DNA of 64,000 nucleotides from positions 23,808,001 to 23,872,000 of the forward strand of contig OZ059900.1 of NCBI GenBank assembly GCA_964057225.1, given 5' to 3'. A model generated the notes under the pieces. The model was not told the DNA's origin. It worked only from the letters and a program-made list of their open reading frames with translations, and searched no databases. Position numbers and translations under genes: made by a program. This document shows positions 12,201 to 27,399 of this stretch, one piece after another. The stretch comes from Auanema rhodensis. Its lineage: Eukaryota; Animalia; Nematoda. How positions within the stretch are numbered: the first letter of the stretch is position 1; every line of letters begins with the position of its first letter.

Positions 12201-15200
12201 GTATTTCCCATGAGAAATATTTTATTATGCTGGAAAACCAGTTTTTGGAAATTTCGCTGTAAACAAGGTTTTGACTTACGATTTCATGTGTTCAAACTCA
12301 TGCAATGTCAATGAAACCTAGCTCAAAATTGTTCGTACAACGTCTAGTTCCACTTTCACGACAAAAAAACAGGGGTTAGAAAATTAAGGAAATTAGCATA
12401 TTCTGAGGGCACGCCCCTTATGGCTAATATTGATTAAATCGATTTTTGTTCATATGAGTCGTCAAATGCAACGAATTTCAGCGTGTTACATACTAAAATG
12501 AAGCATTTTACATGCTGAACACTAGAAAAATACAAAAACACAGTATTTCCCATGAGAAATATTTTATTATGCTGGAAAACCAGTTTTTGGAAATTTCGCT
12601 GTAAACAAGGTTTTGACTTACGATTTCATGTGTTCAAACTCATGCAATGTCAATGAAACCTAGCTCAAAATTGTTCGTACAACGTCTAGTTCCACTTTCA
12701 CGACAAAAAAACAGGGGTTAGAAAATTAAGGAAATTAGCATATTCTGAGGGCACACCCCTTATGGCTAATATTGATTAAATCGATTTTTGTTCATATGAG
12801 TCGTCAAATGCAACGAATTTCAGCGTGTTACATACTAAAATGAAGCATTTTACATGCTGAACACTAGAAAAAAACAAAAACACAGTATTTCCCATGAGAA
12901 ATATTTTATTATGCTGGAAAACCAGTTTTTGGAAATTTCGCTGTAAACAAGGTTTTGACTTACGATTTCATGTGTTCAAACTCATGCAATGTCAATGAAA
13001 CTTAGCTCAAAATTGTTCGTACAACGTCTAGTTCCACTTTCACGACAAAAAAACAGGGGTTAGAAAATTAAGGAAATTAGCATATTCTGAGGGCACGCCC
13101 CTTATGGCTAATATTGATTAAATCGATTTTTGTTCATATGAGTCGTCAAATGCAACGAATTTCAGCGTGTTACATACTAAAATGAAGCATTTTACATGCT
13201 GAACACTAGAAAAATACAAAAACACAGTATTTCCCATGAGAAATATTTTATTATGCTGGAAAACCAGTTTTTGGAAATTTCGCTGTAAACAAGGTTTTGA
13301 CTTACGATTTCATGTGTTCAAACTCATGCAATGTCAATGAAACTTAGTTCAAAATTGTTCGTACAACGTCTAGTTCCACTTTCACGACAAAAAAACAGGG
13401 GTTAGAAAATTAAGGAAATTAGCATATTCTGAGGGCACGCCCCTTATGGCTAATATTGATTAAATCGATTTTTGTTCATATGAGTCGTCAAATGCAACGA
13501 ATTTCAGCGTGTTACATACTAATATGAAGCATTTTACATGCTGAACACTAGAAAAATACAAAAACACAGTATTTCCCATGAGAAATATTTTATTATGCTG
13601 GAAAACCAGTTTTTGGAAATTTCGCTGTAAACAAGGTTTTGACTTACGATTTCATGTGTTCAAACTCATGCAATGTCAATGAAACCTAGCTCAAAATTGT
13701 TCGTACAACGTCTAGTTCCACTTTCACGACAAAAAAACAAGGGTTAGAAAATTAAGGAAATTAGCATATTCTGAGGGCACGCCCCTTATGGCTAATATTG
13801 ATTAAATCGATTTTTGTTCATATGAGTCGTCAAATGCAACGAATTTCAGCGTGTTACATACTAAAATGAAGCATTTTACATGCTGAACACTAGAAAAATA
13901 CAAAAACACAGTATTTCTCATGAGAAATATTTTATTATGCTGGAAAACCAGTTTTTGGAAATTTCGCTGTAAACAAGGTTTTGACTTACGATTTCATGTG
14001 TTCAAACTCATGCAATGTCAATGAAACCTAGCTCAAAATTGTTCGTACAACGTCTAGTTCCACTTTCACGACAAAAAAACAGGGGTTAGAAAATTAAGGA
14101 AATTAGCATATTCTGAGGGCACGCCCCTTATGGCTAATATTGATTAAATCGATTTTTGTTCATATGAGTCGTCAAATGCAACGAATTTCAGCGTGTTACA
14201 TACTAAAATGAAGCATTTTACATGCTGAACACTAGAAAAATACAAAAACACAGTATTTCCCATGAGAAATATTTTATTATGCTGGAAAACCAGTTTTTGG
14301 AAATTTCGCTGTAAACAAGGTTTTGACTTACGATTTCATGTGTTCAAACTCATGCAATGTCAATGAAACCTAGCTCAAAATTGTTCGTACAACGTCTAGT
14401 TCCACTTTCACGACATAAAAAACAAGGGTTAGAAAATTAAGGAAATTAGCATATTCTGAGGGCACGCCCCTTATGGCTAATATTGATTAAATCGATTTTT
14501 GTTCATATGAGTCGTCAAATGCAACGAATTTCAGCGTGTTACATACTAAAATGAAGCATTTTACATGCTGAACACTAGAAAAATACAAAAACACAGTATT
14601 TCCCATGAGAAATATTTTATTATGCTGGAAAACCAGTTTTTGGAAATTTCGCTGTAAACAAGGTTTTGACTTACGATTTCATGTGTTCAAACTCATGCAA
14701 TGTCAATGAAACCTAGCTCAAAATTGTTCGTACAACGTCTAGTTCCACTTTCACGACAAAAAAACAGGGGTTAGAAAATTAAGGAAATTAGCATATTCTG
14801 AGGGCACGCCCCTTATGGCTAATATTGATTAAATCGATTTTTGTTCATATGAGTCGTCAAATGCAACGAATTTCAGCGTGTTACATACTAAAATGAAGCA
14901 TTTTACATGCTGAACACTAGAAAAATACAAAAACACAGTATTTCCCATGAGAAATATTTTATTATGCTGGAAAACCAGTTTTTGGAAATTTCGCTGTAAA
15001 CAAGGTTTTGACTTACGATTTCATGTGTTCAAACTCATGCAATGTCAATGAAACCTAGCTCAAAATTGTTCGTACAACGTCTAGTTCCACTTTCACGACA
15101 AAAAAACAGGGGTTAGAAAATTAAGGAAATTAGCATATTCAGAGGGCACGCCCCTTATGGCTAATATTGATTAAATCGATTTTTGTTCATATGAGTCGTC

Positions 15201-15610
15201 AAATGCAACGAATTTCAGCGTGTTACATACTAAAATGAAGCATTTTACATGCTGAACACTAGAAAAATACAAAAACACAGTATTTCCCATGAGAAATATT
15301 TTATTATGCTGGAAAACCAGTTTTTGGAAATTTCGCTGTAAACAAGGTTTTGACTTACGATTTCATGTGTTCAAACTCATGCAATGTCAATGAAACCTAG
15401 CTCAAAATTGTTCGTACAACGTCTAGTTCCACTTTCACGACAAAAAAACAAGGGTTAGAAAATTAAGGAAATTAGCATATTCTGAGGGCACGCCCCTTAT
15501 GGCTAATATTGATTAAATCGATTTTTGTTCATATGAGTCGTCAAATGCAACGAATTTCAGCGTGTTACATACTAAAATGAAGCATTTTACATGCTGAACA
15601 CTAGAAAAAA

Positions 15611-18600
15611 ACAAAAACACAGTATTTCCCATGAGAAATATTTTATTATGCTGGAAAACCAGTTTTTGGAAATTTCGCTGTAAACAAGGTTTTGACTTAC
15701 GATTTCATGTGTTCAAACTCATGCAATGTCAATGAAACTTAGCTCAAAATTGTTCGTACAACGTCTAGTTCCACTTTCACGACAAAAAAACAGGGGTTAG
15801 AAAATTAAGGAAATTAGCATATTCTGAGGGCACGCCCCTTATGGCTAATATTGATTAAATCGATTTTTGTTCATATGAGTCGTCAAATGCAACGAATTTC
15901 AGCGTGTTACATACTAATATGAAGCATTTTACATGCTGAACACTAGAAAAATACAAAAACACAGTATTTCCCATGAGAAATATTTTATTATGCTGGAAAA
16001 CCAGTTTTTGGAAATTTCGCTGTAAACAAGGTTTTGACTTACGATTTCATGTGTTCAAACTCATGCAATGTCAATGAAACCTAGCTCAAAATTGTTCGTA
16101 CAACGTCTAGTTCCACTTTCACGACAAAAAAACAGGGGTTAGAAAATTAAGGAAATTAGCATATTCTGAGGGCACACCCCTTATGGCTAATATTGATTAA
16201 ATCGATTTTTGTTCATATGAGTCGTCAAATGCAACGAATTTCAGCGTGTTACATACTAAAATGAAGCATTTTACATGCTGAACACTAGAAAAATACAAAA
16301 ACACAGTATTTCCCATGAGAAATATTTTATTATGCTGGAAAACCAGTTTTTGGAAATTTCGCTGTAAACAAGGTTTTGACTTACGATTTCATGTGTTCAA
16401 ACTCATGCAATGTCAATGAAACCTAGCTCAAAATTGTTCGTACAACGTCTAGTTCCACTTTCACGACAAAAAAACAGGGGTTAGAAAATTAAGGAAATTA
16501 GCATATTCTGAGGGCACGCCCCTTATGGCTAATATTGATTAAATCGATTTTTGTTCATATGAGTCGTCGAATGCAACGAATTTCAGCGTGTTACATACTA
16601 AAATGAAGCATTTTACATGCTGAACACTAGGAAAATACGAAAACACAGTATTTCCCATGAGAAATATTTTATTATGCTGGAAAACCAGTTTTTGGAAATT
16701 TCGCTGTAAACAAGGTTTTGACTTACGATTTCATGTGTTCAAACTCATGCAATGTCAATGAAACTTAGCTCAAAATTGTTCGTACAACGTCTAGTTCCAC
16801 TTTCACGACAAAAAAACAGGGGCTAGAAAATTAAGGAAATTAGCATATTCTGAGGGCACGCCCCTTATGGCTAATATTGATTAAATCGATTTTTGTTCAT
16901 ATGAGTCGTCAAATGCAACGAATTTCAGCGTGTTACATACTAATATGAAGCATTTTACATGCTGAACACTAGAAAAATACAAAAACACAGTATTTCCCAT
17001 GAGAAATATTTTATTATGCTGGAAAACCAGTTTTTGGAAATTTCGCTGTAAACAAGGTTTTGACTTACGATTTCATGTGTTCAAACTCATGCAATGTCAA
17101 TGAAACGTAGCTCAAAATTGTTCGTACAACGTCTAGTTCCACTTTCACGACAAAAAAACAGGGGTTAGAAAATTAAGGAAATTAGCATATTCTGAGGGCA
17201 CGCCCCTTATGGCTAATATTGATTAAATCGATTTTTGTTCATATGATTCGTCAAATGCAACGAATTTCAGCGTGTTACATACTAAAATGAAGCATTTTAC
17301 ATGCTGAACACTAGAAAAATACGAAAACACAGTATTTCCCATGAGAAATATTTTATTATGCTGGAAAACCAGTTTTTGGAAATTTCGCTGTAAACAAGGT
17401 TTTGACTTACGATTTCATGTGTTCAAACTCATGCAATGTCAATGAAACCTAGCTCAAAAATGTTCGTACAACGTCTAGTTCCACTTTCACGACAAAAAAA
17501 CAGGGGTTAGAAAATTAAGGAAATTAGCATATTCTGAGGGCACGCCCCTTATGGCTAATATTGATTAAATCGATTTTTGTTCATATGAGTCGTCAAATGC
17601 AACGAATTTCAGCGTGTTACATACTAAAATGAAGCATTTTACATGCTGAACACTAGAAAAATACAAAAACACAGTATTTCTCATGAGAAATATTTTATTA
17701 TGCTGGAAAACCAGTTTTTGGAAATTTCTCTGTAAACAAGGTTTTGACTTACGATTTCATGTGTTCAAACTCATGCAATGTCTATGAAACCTAGCTCAAA
17801 ATTGTTTGTACAACGTCTAGTTCCACTTTCACGACAAAAAAACAGGGGTTAGAAAATTAAGGAAATTAGCATATTCTGAGGGCACGCCCCTTATGGCTAA
17901 TATTGATTAAATCGATTTTTGTTCATATGAGTCGTCAAATGCAACGAATTTCAGCGTGTTACATACTAAAATGAAGCATTTTACATGCTGAACACTAGAA
18001 AAATACAAAAACACAGTATTTCTCATGAGAAATATTTTATTATGCTGGAAAACCAGTTTTTGGAAATTTCGCTGTAAACAAGGTTTTGACTTACGATTTC
18101 ATGTGTTCAAACTCATGCAATGTCAATGAAACCTAGCTCAAAATTGTTCGTACAACGTCTAGTTCCACTTTCACGACAAAAAAACAGGGGTTAGAAAATT
18201 AAGGAAATTAGCATATTCTGAGGGCACGCCCCTTATGGCTAATATTGATTAAATCGATTTTTGTTCATATGAGTCGTCAAATGCAACGAATTTCAGCGTG
18301 TTACATACTAAAATGAAGCATTTTACATGCTGAACACTAGAAAAATACAAAAACACAGTATTTCCCATGAGAAATATTTTATTATGCTGGAAAACCAGTT
18401 TTTGGAAATTTCGCTGTAAACAAGGTTTTGACTTACGATTTCATGTGTTCAAACTCATGCAATGTCAATGAAACCTAGCTCAAAATTGTTCGTACAACGT
18501 CTAGTTCCACTTTCACGACAAAAAAACAAGGGTTAGAAAATTAAGGAAATTAGCATATTCTGAGGGCACGCCCCTTATGGCTAATATTGATTAAATCGAT

Positions 18601-21600
18601 TTTTGTTCATATGAGTCGTCGAATGCAACGAATTTCAGCGTGTTACATACTAAAATGAAGCATTTTACATGCTGAACACTAGAAAAATACAAAAACACAG
18701 TATTTCCCATGAGAAATATTTTATTATGCTGGAAAACCAGTTTTTGGAAATTTCGCTGTAAACAAGGTTTTGACTTACGATTTCATGTGTTCAAACTCAT
18801 GCAATGTCAATGAAACCTAGCTCAAAATTGTTCGTACAACGTCTAGTTCCACTTTCACGACAAAAAAACAGGGGTTAGAAAATTAAGGAAATTAGCATAT
18901 TCTGAGGGCACACCCCTTATGGCTAATATTGATTAAATCGATTTTTGTTCATATGAGTCGTCAAATGCAACGAATTTCAGCGTGTTACATACTAAAATGA
19001 AGCATTTTACATGCTGAACACTAGAAAAATACAAAAACACAGTATTTCCCATGAGAAATATTTTATTATGCTGGAAAACCAGTTTTTGGAAATTTCGCTG
19101 TAAACAAGGTTTTGACTTACGATTTCATGTGTTCAAACTCATGCAATGTCAATGAAACCTAGCTCAAAATTGTTCGTACAACGTCTAGTTCCACTTTCAC
19201 GACAAAAAAACAGGGGTTAGAAAATTAAGGAAATTAGCATATTCTGAGGGCACGCCCCTTATGGCTAATATTGATTAAATCGATTTTTGTTCATATGAGT
19301 CGTCGAATGCAACGAATTTCAGCGTGTTACATACTAAAATGAAGCATTTTACATGCTGAACACTAGAAAAATACAAAAACACAGTATTTCCCATGAGAAA
19401 TATTTTATTATGCTGGAAAACCAGTTTTTGGAAATTTCGCTGTAAACAAGGTTTTGACTTACGATTTCATGTGTTCAAACTCATGCAATGTCAATGAAAC
19501 CTAGCTCAAAATTGTTCGTACAACGTCTAGTTCCACTTTCACGACAAAAAAACAGGGGTTAGAAAATTAAGGAAATTAGCATATTCTGAGGGCACGCCCC
19601 TTATGGCTAATATTGATTAAATCGATTTTTGTTCATATGAGTCGTCAAATGCAACGAATTTCAGCGTGTTACATACTAAAATGAAGCATTTTACATGCTG
19701 AACACTAGAAAAATACAAAAACACAGTATTTCTCATGAGAAATATTTTATTATGCTGGAAAACCCGTTTTTGGAAATTTCTCTGTAAACAAGGTTTTGAC
19801 TTACGATTTCATGTGTTCAAACTCATGCAATGTCTATGAAACCTAGCTCAAAATTGTTTGTACAACGTCTAGTTCCACTTTCACGACAAAAAAACAGGGG
19901 TTAGAAAATTAAGGAAATTAGCATATTCTGAGGGCACGCCCCTTATGGCTAATATTGATTAAATCGATTTTTGTTCATATGAGTCGTCAAATGCAACGAA
20001 TTTCAGCGTGTTACATACTAAAATGAAGCATTTTACATGCTGAACACTAGAAAAATACAAAAACACAGTATTTCTCATGAGAAATATTTTATTATGCTGG
20101 AAAACCAGTTTTTGGAAATTTCGCTGTAAACAAGGTTTTGACTTACGATTTCATGTGTTCAAACTCATGCAATGTCAATGAAACCTAGCTCAAAATTGTT
20201 CGTACAACGTCTAGTTCCACTTTCACGACAAAAAAACAGGGGTTAGAAAATTAAGGAAATTAGCATATTCTGAGGGCACGCCCCTTATGGCTAATATTGA
20301 TTAAATCGATTTTTGTTCATATGAGTCGTCAAATGCAACGAATTTCAGCGTGTTACATACTAAAATGAAGCATTTTACATGCTGAACACTAGAAAAATAC
20401 AAAAACACAGTATTTCCCATGAGAAATATTTTATTATGCTGGAAAACCAGTTTTTGGAAATTTCGCTGTAAACAAGGTTTTGACTTACGATTTCATGTGT
20501 TCAAACTCATGCAATGTCAATGAAACCTAGCTCAAAATTGTTCGTACAACGTCTAGTTCCACTTTCACGACAAAAAAACAAGGGTTAGAAAATTAAGGAA
20601 ATTAGCATATTCTGAGGGCACGCCCCTTATGGCTAATATTGATTAAATCGATTTTTGTTCATATGAGTCGTCGAATGCAACGAATTTCAGCGTGTTACAT
20701 ACTAAAATGAAGCATTTTACATGCTGAACACTAGAAAAATACAAAAACACAGTATTTCCCATGAGAAATATTTTATTATGCTGGAAAACCAGTTTTTGGA
20801 AATTTCGCTGTAAACAAGGTTTTGACTTACTATTTCATGTGTTCAAACTCATGCAATGTCAATGAAACCTAGCTCAAAATTGTTCGTACAACGTCTAGTT
20901 CCACTTTCACGACAAAAAAACAGGGGTTAGAAAATTAAGGAAATTAGCATATTCTGAGGGCACACCCCTTATGGCTAATATTGATTAAATCGATTTTTGT
21001 TCATATGAGTCGTCAAATGCAACGAATTTCAGCGTGTTACATACTAAAATGAAGCATTTTACATGCTGAACACTAGAAAAATACAAAAACACAGTATTTC
21101 CCATGAGAAATATTTTATTATGCTGGAAAACCAGTTTTTGGAAATTTCGCTGTAAACAAGGTTTTGACTTACGATTTCATGTGTTCAAACTCATGCAATG
21201 TCAATGAAACCTAGCTCAAAATTGTTCGTACAACGTCTAGTTCCACTTTCACGACAAAAAAACAGGGGTTAGAAAATTAAGGAAATTAGCATATTCTGAG
21301 GGCACGCCCCTTATGGCTAATATTGATTAAATCGATTTTTGTTCATATGAGTCGTCGAATGCAACGAATTTCAGCGTGTTACATACTAAAATGAAGCATT
21401 TTACATGCTGAACACTAGAAAAATACAAAAACACAGTATTTCCCATGAGAAATATTTTATTATGCTGGAAAACCAGTTTTTGGAAATTTCGCTGTAAACA
21501 AGGTTTTGACTTACGATTTCATGTGTTCAAACTCATGCAATGTCAATGAAACTTAGCTCAAAATTGTTCGTACAACGTCTAGTTCCACTTTCACGACAAA

Positions 21601-24600
21601 AAAACAGGGGTTAGAAAATTAAGGAAATTAGCATATTCTGAGGGCACGCCCCTTATGGCTAATATTGATTAAATCGATTTTTGTTCATATGAGTCGTCAA
21701 ATGCAACGAATTTCAGCGTGTTACATACTAATATGAAGCATTTTACATGCTGAACACTAGAAAAATACAAAAACACAGTATTTCCCATGAGAAATATTTT
21801 ATTATGCTGGAAAACCAGTTTTTGGAAATTTCGCTGTAAACAAGGTTTTGACTTACGATTTCATGTGTTCAAACTCATGCAATGTCAATGAAACCTAGCT
21901 CAAAATTGTTCGTACAACGTCTAGTTCCACTTTCACGACAAAAAAACAGGGGTTAGAAAATTAAGGAAATTAGCATATTCTGAGGGCACACCCCTTATGG
22001 CTAATATTGATTAAATCGATTTTTGTTCATATGAGTCGTCAAATGCAACGAATTTCAGCGTGTTACATACTAAAATGAAGCATTTTACATGCTGAACACT
22101 AGAAAAATACAAAAACACAGTATTTCCCATGAGAAATATTTTATTATGCTGGAAAACCAGTTTTTGGAAATTTCGCTGTAAACAAGGTTTTGACTTACGA
22201 TTTCATGTGTTCAAACTCATGCAATGTCAATGAAACCTAGCTCAAAATTGTTCGTACAACGTCTAGTTCCACTTTCACGACAAAAAAACAGGGGTTAGAA
22301 AATTAAGGAAATTAGCATATTCTGAGGGCACGCCCCTTATGGCTAATATTGATTAAATCGATTTTTGTTCATATGAGTCGTCGAATGCAACGAATTTCAG
22401 CGTGTTACATACTAAAATGAAGCATTTTACATGCTGAACACTAGGAAAATACGAAAACACAGTATTTCCCATGAGAAATATTTTATTATGCTGGAAAACC
22501 AGTTTTTGGAAATTTCGCTGTAAACAAGGTTTTGACTTACGATTTCATGTGTTCAAACTCATGCAATGTCAATGAAACTTAGCTCAAAATTGTTCGTACA
22601 ACGTCTAGTTCCACTTTCACGACAAAAAAACAGGGGCTAGAAAATTAAGGAAATTAGCATATTCTGAGGGCACGCCCCTTATGGCTAATATTGATTAAAT
22701 CGATTTTTGTTCATATGAGTCGTCAAATGCAACGAATTTCAGCGTGTTACATACTAATATGAAGCATTTTACATGCTGAACACTAGAAAAATACAAAAAC
22801 ACAGTATTTCCCATGAGAAATATTTTATTATGCTGGAAAACCAGTTTTTGGAAATTTCGCTGTAAACAAGGTTTTGACTTACGATTTCATGTGTTCAAAC
22901 TCATGCAATGTCAATGAAACGTAGCTCAAAATTGTTCGTACAACGTCTAGTTCCACTTTCACGACAAAAAAACAGGGGTTAGAAAATTAAGGAAATTAGC
23001 ATATTCTGAGGGCACGCCCCTTATGGCTAATATTGATTAAATCGATTTTTGTTCATATGATTCGTCAAATGCAACGAATTTCAGCGTGTTACATACTAAA
23101 ATGAAGCATTTTACATGCTGAACACTAGAAAAATACGAAAACACAGTATTTCCCATGAGAAATATTTTATTATGCTGGAAAACCAGTTTTTGGAAATTTC
23201 GCTGTAAACAAGGTTTTGACTTACGATTTCATGTGTTCAAACTCATGCAATGTCAATGAAACCTAGCTCAAAAATGTTCGTACAACGTCTAGTTCCACTT
23301 TCACGACAAAAAAACAGGGGTTAGAAAATTAAGGAAATTAGCATATTCTGAGGGCACGCCCCTTATGGCTAATATTGATTAAATCGATTTTTGTTCATAT
23401 GAGTCGTCAAATGCAACGAATTTCAGCGTGTTACATACTAAAATGAAGCATTTTACATGCTGAACACTAGAAAAATACAAAAACACAGTATTTCTCATGA
23501 GAAATATTTTATTATGCTGGAAAACCAGTTTTTGGAAATTTCTCTGTAAACAAGGTTTTGACTTACGATTTCATGTGTTCAAACTCATGCAATGTCTATG
23601 AAACCTAGCTCAAAATTGTTTGTACAACGTCTAGTTCCACTTTCACGACAAAAAAACAGGGGTTAGAAAATTAAGGAAATTAGCATATTCTGAGGGCACG
23701 CCCCTTATGGCTAATATTGATTAAATCGATTTTTGTTCATATGAGTCGTCAAATGCAACGAATTTCAGCGTGTTACATACTAAAATGAAGCATTTTACAT
23801 GCTGAACACTAGAAAAATACAAAAACACAGTATTTCTCATGAGAAATATTTTATTATGCTGGAAAACCAGTTTTTGGAAATTTCGCTGTAAACAAGGTTT
23901 TGACTTACGATTTCATGTGTTCAAACTCATGCAATGTCAATGAAACCTAGCTCAAAATTGTTCGTACAACGTCTAGTTCCACTTTCACGACAAAAAAACA
24001 GGGGTTAGAAAATTAAGGAAATTAGCATATTCTGAGGGCACGCCCCTTATGGCTAATATTGATTAAATCGATTTTTGTTCATATGAGTCGTCAAATGCAA
24101 CGAATTTCAGCGTGTTACATACTAAAATGAAGCATTTTACATGCTGAACACTAGAAAAATACAAAAACACAGTATTTCCCATGAGAAATATTTTATTATG
24201 CTGGAAAACCAGTTTTTGGAAATTTCGCTGTAAACAAGGTTTTGACTTACGATTTCATGTGTTCAAACTCATGCAATGTCAATGAAACCTAGCTCAAAAT
24301 TGTTCGTACAACGTCTAGTTCCACTTTCACGACAAAAAAACAAGGGTTAGAAAATTAAGGAAATTAGCATATTCTGAGGGCACGCCCCTTATGGCTAATA
24401 TTGATTAAATCGATTTTTGTTCATATGAGTCGTCGAATGCAACGAATTTCAGCGTGTTACATACTAAAATGAAGCATTTTACATGCTGAACACTAGAAAA
24501 ATACAAAAACACAGTATTTCCCATGAGAAATATTTTATTATGCTGGAAAACCAGTTTTTGGAAATTTCGCTGTAAACAAGGTTTTGACTTACGATTTCAT

Positions 24601-27238
24601 GTGTTCAAACTCATGCAATGTCAATGAAACCTAGCTCAAAATTGTTCGTACAACGTCTAGTTCCACTTTCACGACAAAAAAACAGGGGTTAGAAAATTAA
24701 GGAAATTAGCATATTCTGAGGGCACACCCCTTATGGCTAATATTGATTAAATCGATTTTTGTTCATATGAGTCGTCAAATGCAACGAATTTCAGCGTGTT
24801 ACATACTAAAATGAAGCATTTTACATGCTGAACACTAGAAAAATACAAAAACACAGTATTTCCCATGAGAAATATTTTATTATGCTGGAAAACCAGTTTT
24901 TGGAAATTTCGCTGTAAACAAGGTTTTGACTTACGATTTCATGTGTTCAAACTCATGCAATGTCAATGAAACCTAGCTCAAAATTGTTCGTACAACGTCT
25001 AGTTCCACTTTCACGACAAAAAAACAGGGGTTAGAAAATTAAGGAAATTAGCATATTCTGAGGGCACGCCCCTTATGGCTAATATTGATTAAATCGATTT
25101 TTGTTCATATGAGTCGTCGAATGCAACGAATTTCAGCGTGTTACATACTAAAATGAAGCATTTTACATGCTGAACACTAGAAAAATACAAAAACACAGTA
25201 TTTCCCATGAGAAATATTTTATTATGCTGGAAAACCAGTTTTTGGAAATTTCGCTGTAAACAAGGTTTTGACTTACGATTTCATGTGTTCAAACTCATGC
25301 AATGTCAATGAAACCTAGCTCAAAATTGTTCGTACAACGTCTAGTTCCACTTTCACGACAAAAAAACAGGGGTTAGAAAATTAAGGAAATTAGCATATTC
25401 TGAGGGCACGCCCCTTATGGCTAATATTGATTAAATCGATTTTTGTTCATATGAGTCGTCAAATGCAACGAATTTCAGCGTGTTACATACTAAAATGAAG
25501 CATTTTACATGCTGAACACTAGAAAAATACAAAAACACAGTATTTCTCATGAGAAATATTTTATTATGCTGGAAAACCCGTTTTTGGAAATTTCTCTGTA
25601 AACAAGGTTTTGACTTACGATTTCATGTGTTCAAACTCATGCAATGTCTATGAAACCTAGCTCAAAATTGTTTGTACAACGTCTAGTTCCACTTTCACGA
25701 CAAAAAAACAGGGGTTAGAAAATTAAGGAAATTAGCATATTCTGAGGGCACGCCCCTTATGGCTAATATTGATTAAATCGATTTTTGTTCATATGAGTCG
25801 TCAAATGCAACGAATTTCAGCGTGTTACATACTAAAATGAAGCATTTTACATGCTGAACACTAGAAAAATACAAAAACACAGTATTTCTCATGAGAAATA
25901 TTTTATTATGCTGGAAAACCAGTTTTTGGAAATTTCGCTGTAAACAAGGTTTTGACTTACGATTTCATGTGTTCAAACTCATGCAATGTCAATGAAACCT
26001 AGCTCAAAATTGTTCGTACAACGTCTAGTTCCACTTTCACGACAAAAAAACAGGGGTTAGAAAATTAAGGAAATTAGCATATTCTGAGGGCACGCCCCTT
26101 ATGGCTAATATTGATTAAATCGATTTTTGTTCATATGAGTCGTCAAATGCAACGAATTTCAGCGTGTTACATACTAAAATGAAGCATTTTACATGCTGAA
26201 CACTAGAAAAATACAAAAACACAGTATTTCCCATGAGAAATATTTTATTATGCTGGAAAACCAGTTTTTGGAAATTTCGCTGTAAACAAGGTTTTGACTT
26301 ACGATTTCATGTGTTCAAACTCATGCAATGTCAATGAAACCTAGCTCAAAATTGTTCGTACAACGTCTAGTTCCACTTTCACGACAAAAAAACAAGGGTT
26401 AGAAAATTAAGGAAATTAGCATATTCTGAGGGCACGCCCCTTATGGCTAATATTGATTAAATCGATTTTTGTTCATATGAGTCGTCGAATGCAACGAATT
26501 TCAGCGTGTTACATACTAAAATGAAGCATTTTACATGCTGAACACTAGAAAAATACAAAAACACAGTATTTCCCATGAGAAATATTTTATTATGCTGGAA
26601 AACCAGTTTTTGGAAATTTCGCTGTAAACAAGGTTTTGACTTACTATTTCATGTGTTCAAACTCATGCAATGTCAATGAAACCTAGCTCAAAATTGTTCG
26701 TACAACGTCTAGTTCCACTTTCACGACAAAAAAACAGGGGTTAGAAAATTAAGGAAATTAGCATATTCTGAGGGCACACCCCTTATGGCTAATATTGATT
26801 AAATCGATTTTTGTTCATATGAGTCGTCAAATGCAACGAATTTCAGCGTGTTACATACTAAAATGAAGCATTTTACATGCTGAACACTAGAAAAATACAA
26901 AAACACAGTATTTCCCATGAGAAATATTTTATTATGCTGGAAAACCAGTTTTTGGAAATTTCGCTGTAAACAAGGTTTTGACTTACGATTTCATGTGTTC
27001 AAACTCATGCAATGTCAATGAAACCTAGCTCAAAATTGTTCGTACAACGTCTAGTTCCACTTTCACGACAAAAAAACAGGGGTTAGAAAATTAAGGAAAT
27101 TAGCATATTCTGAGGGCACGCCCCTTATGGCTAATATTGATTAAATCGATTTTTGTTCATATGAGTCGTCGAATGCAACGAATTTCAGCGTGTTACATAC
27201 TAAAATGAAGCATTTTACATGCTGAACACTAGAAAAAT
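15611..27238 (-). repeat. 17-monomer tandem duplication (5814 bp x 2)
   Basis: Rare SNPs paired exactly 5814 bp apart: CTAGGAAA 16631/22445, GGGCTAG 16823/22637, AACCCGT 19765/25579, TACTATT 20831/26645, AAACTTAG 15739/21553. The match breaks at 15610 vs 21424 and 21553 vs 27367. Confidence 0.92.
17461..21552 (-). repeat. 6-monomer duplication (2052 bp x 2) nested in the 17-mer unit
   Basis: TTTCTCTG 17729/19781, CAAGGG 18529/20581, GTCGAA 18621/20673 and 19305/21357, CACACC 18912/20964. Confidence 0.88.
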
Positions 27239-27399
27239 ACAAAAACACAGTATTTCCCATGAGAAATATTTTATTATGCTGGAAAACCAGTTTTTGGAAA
27301 TTTCGCTGTAAACAAGGTTTTGACTTACGATTTCATGTGTTCAAACTCATGCAATGTCAATGAAACCTAGCTCAAAATTGTTCGTACAACGTCTAGTTC

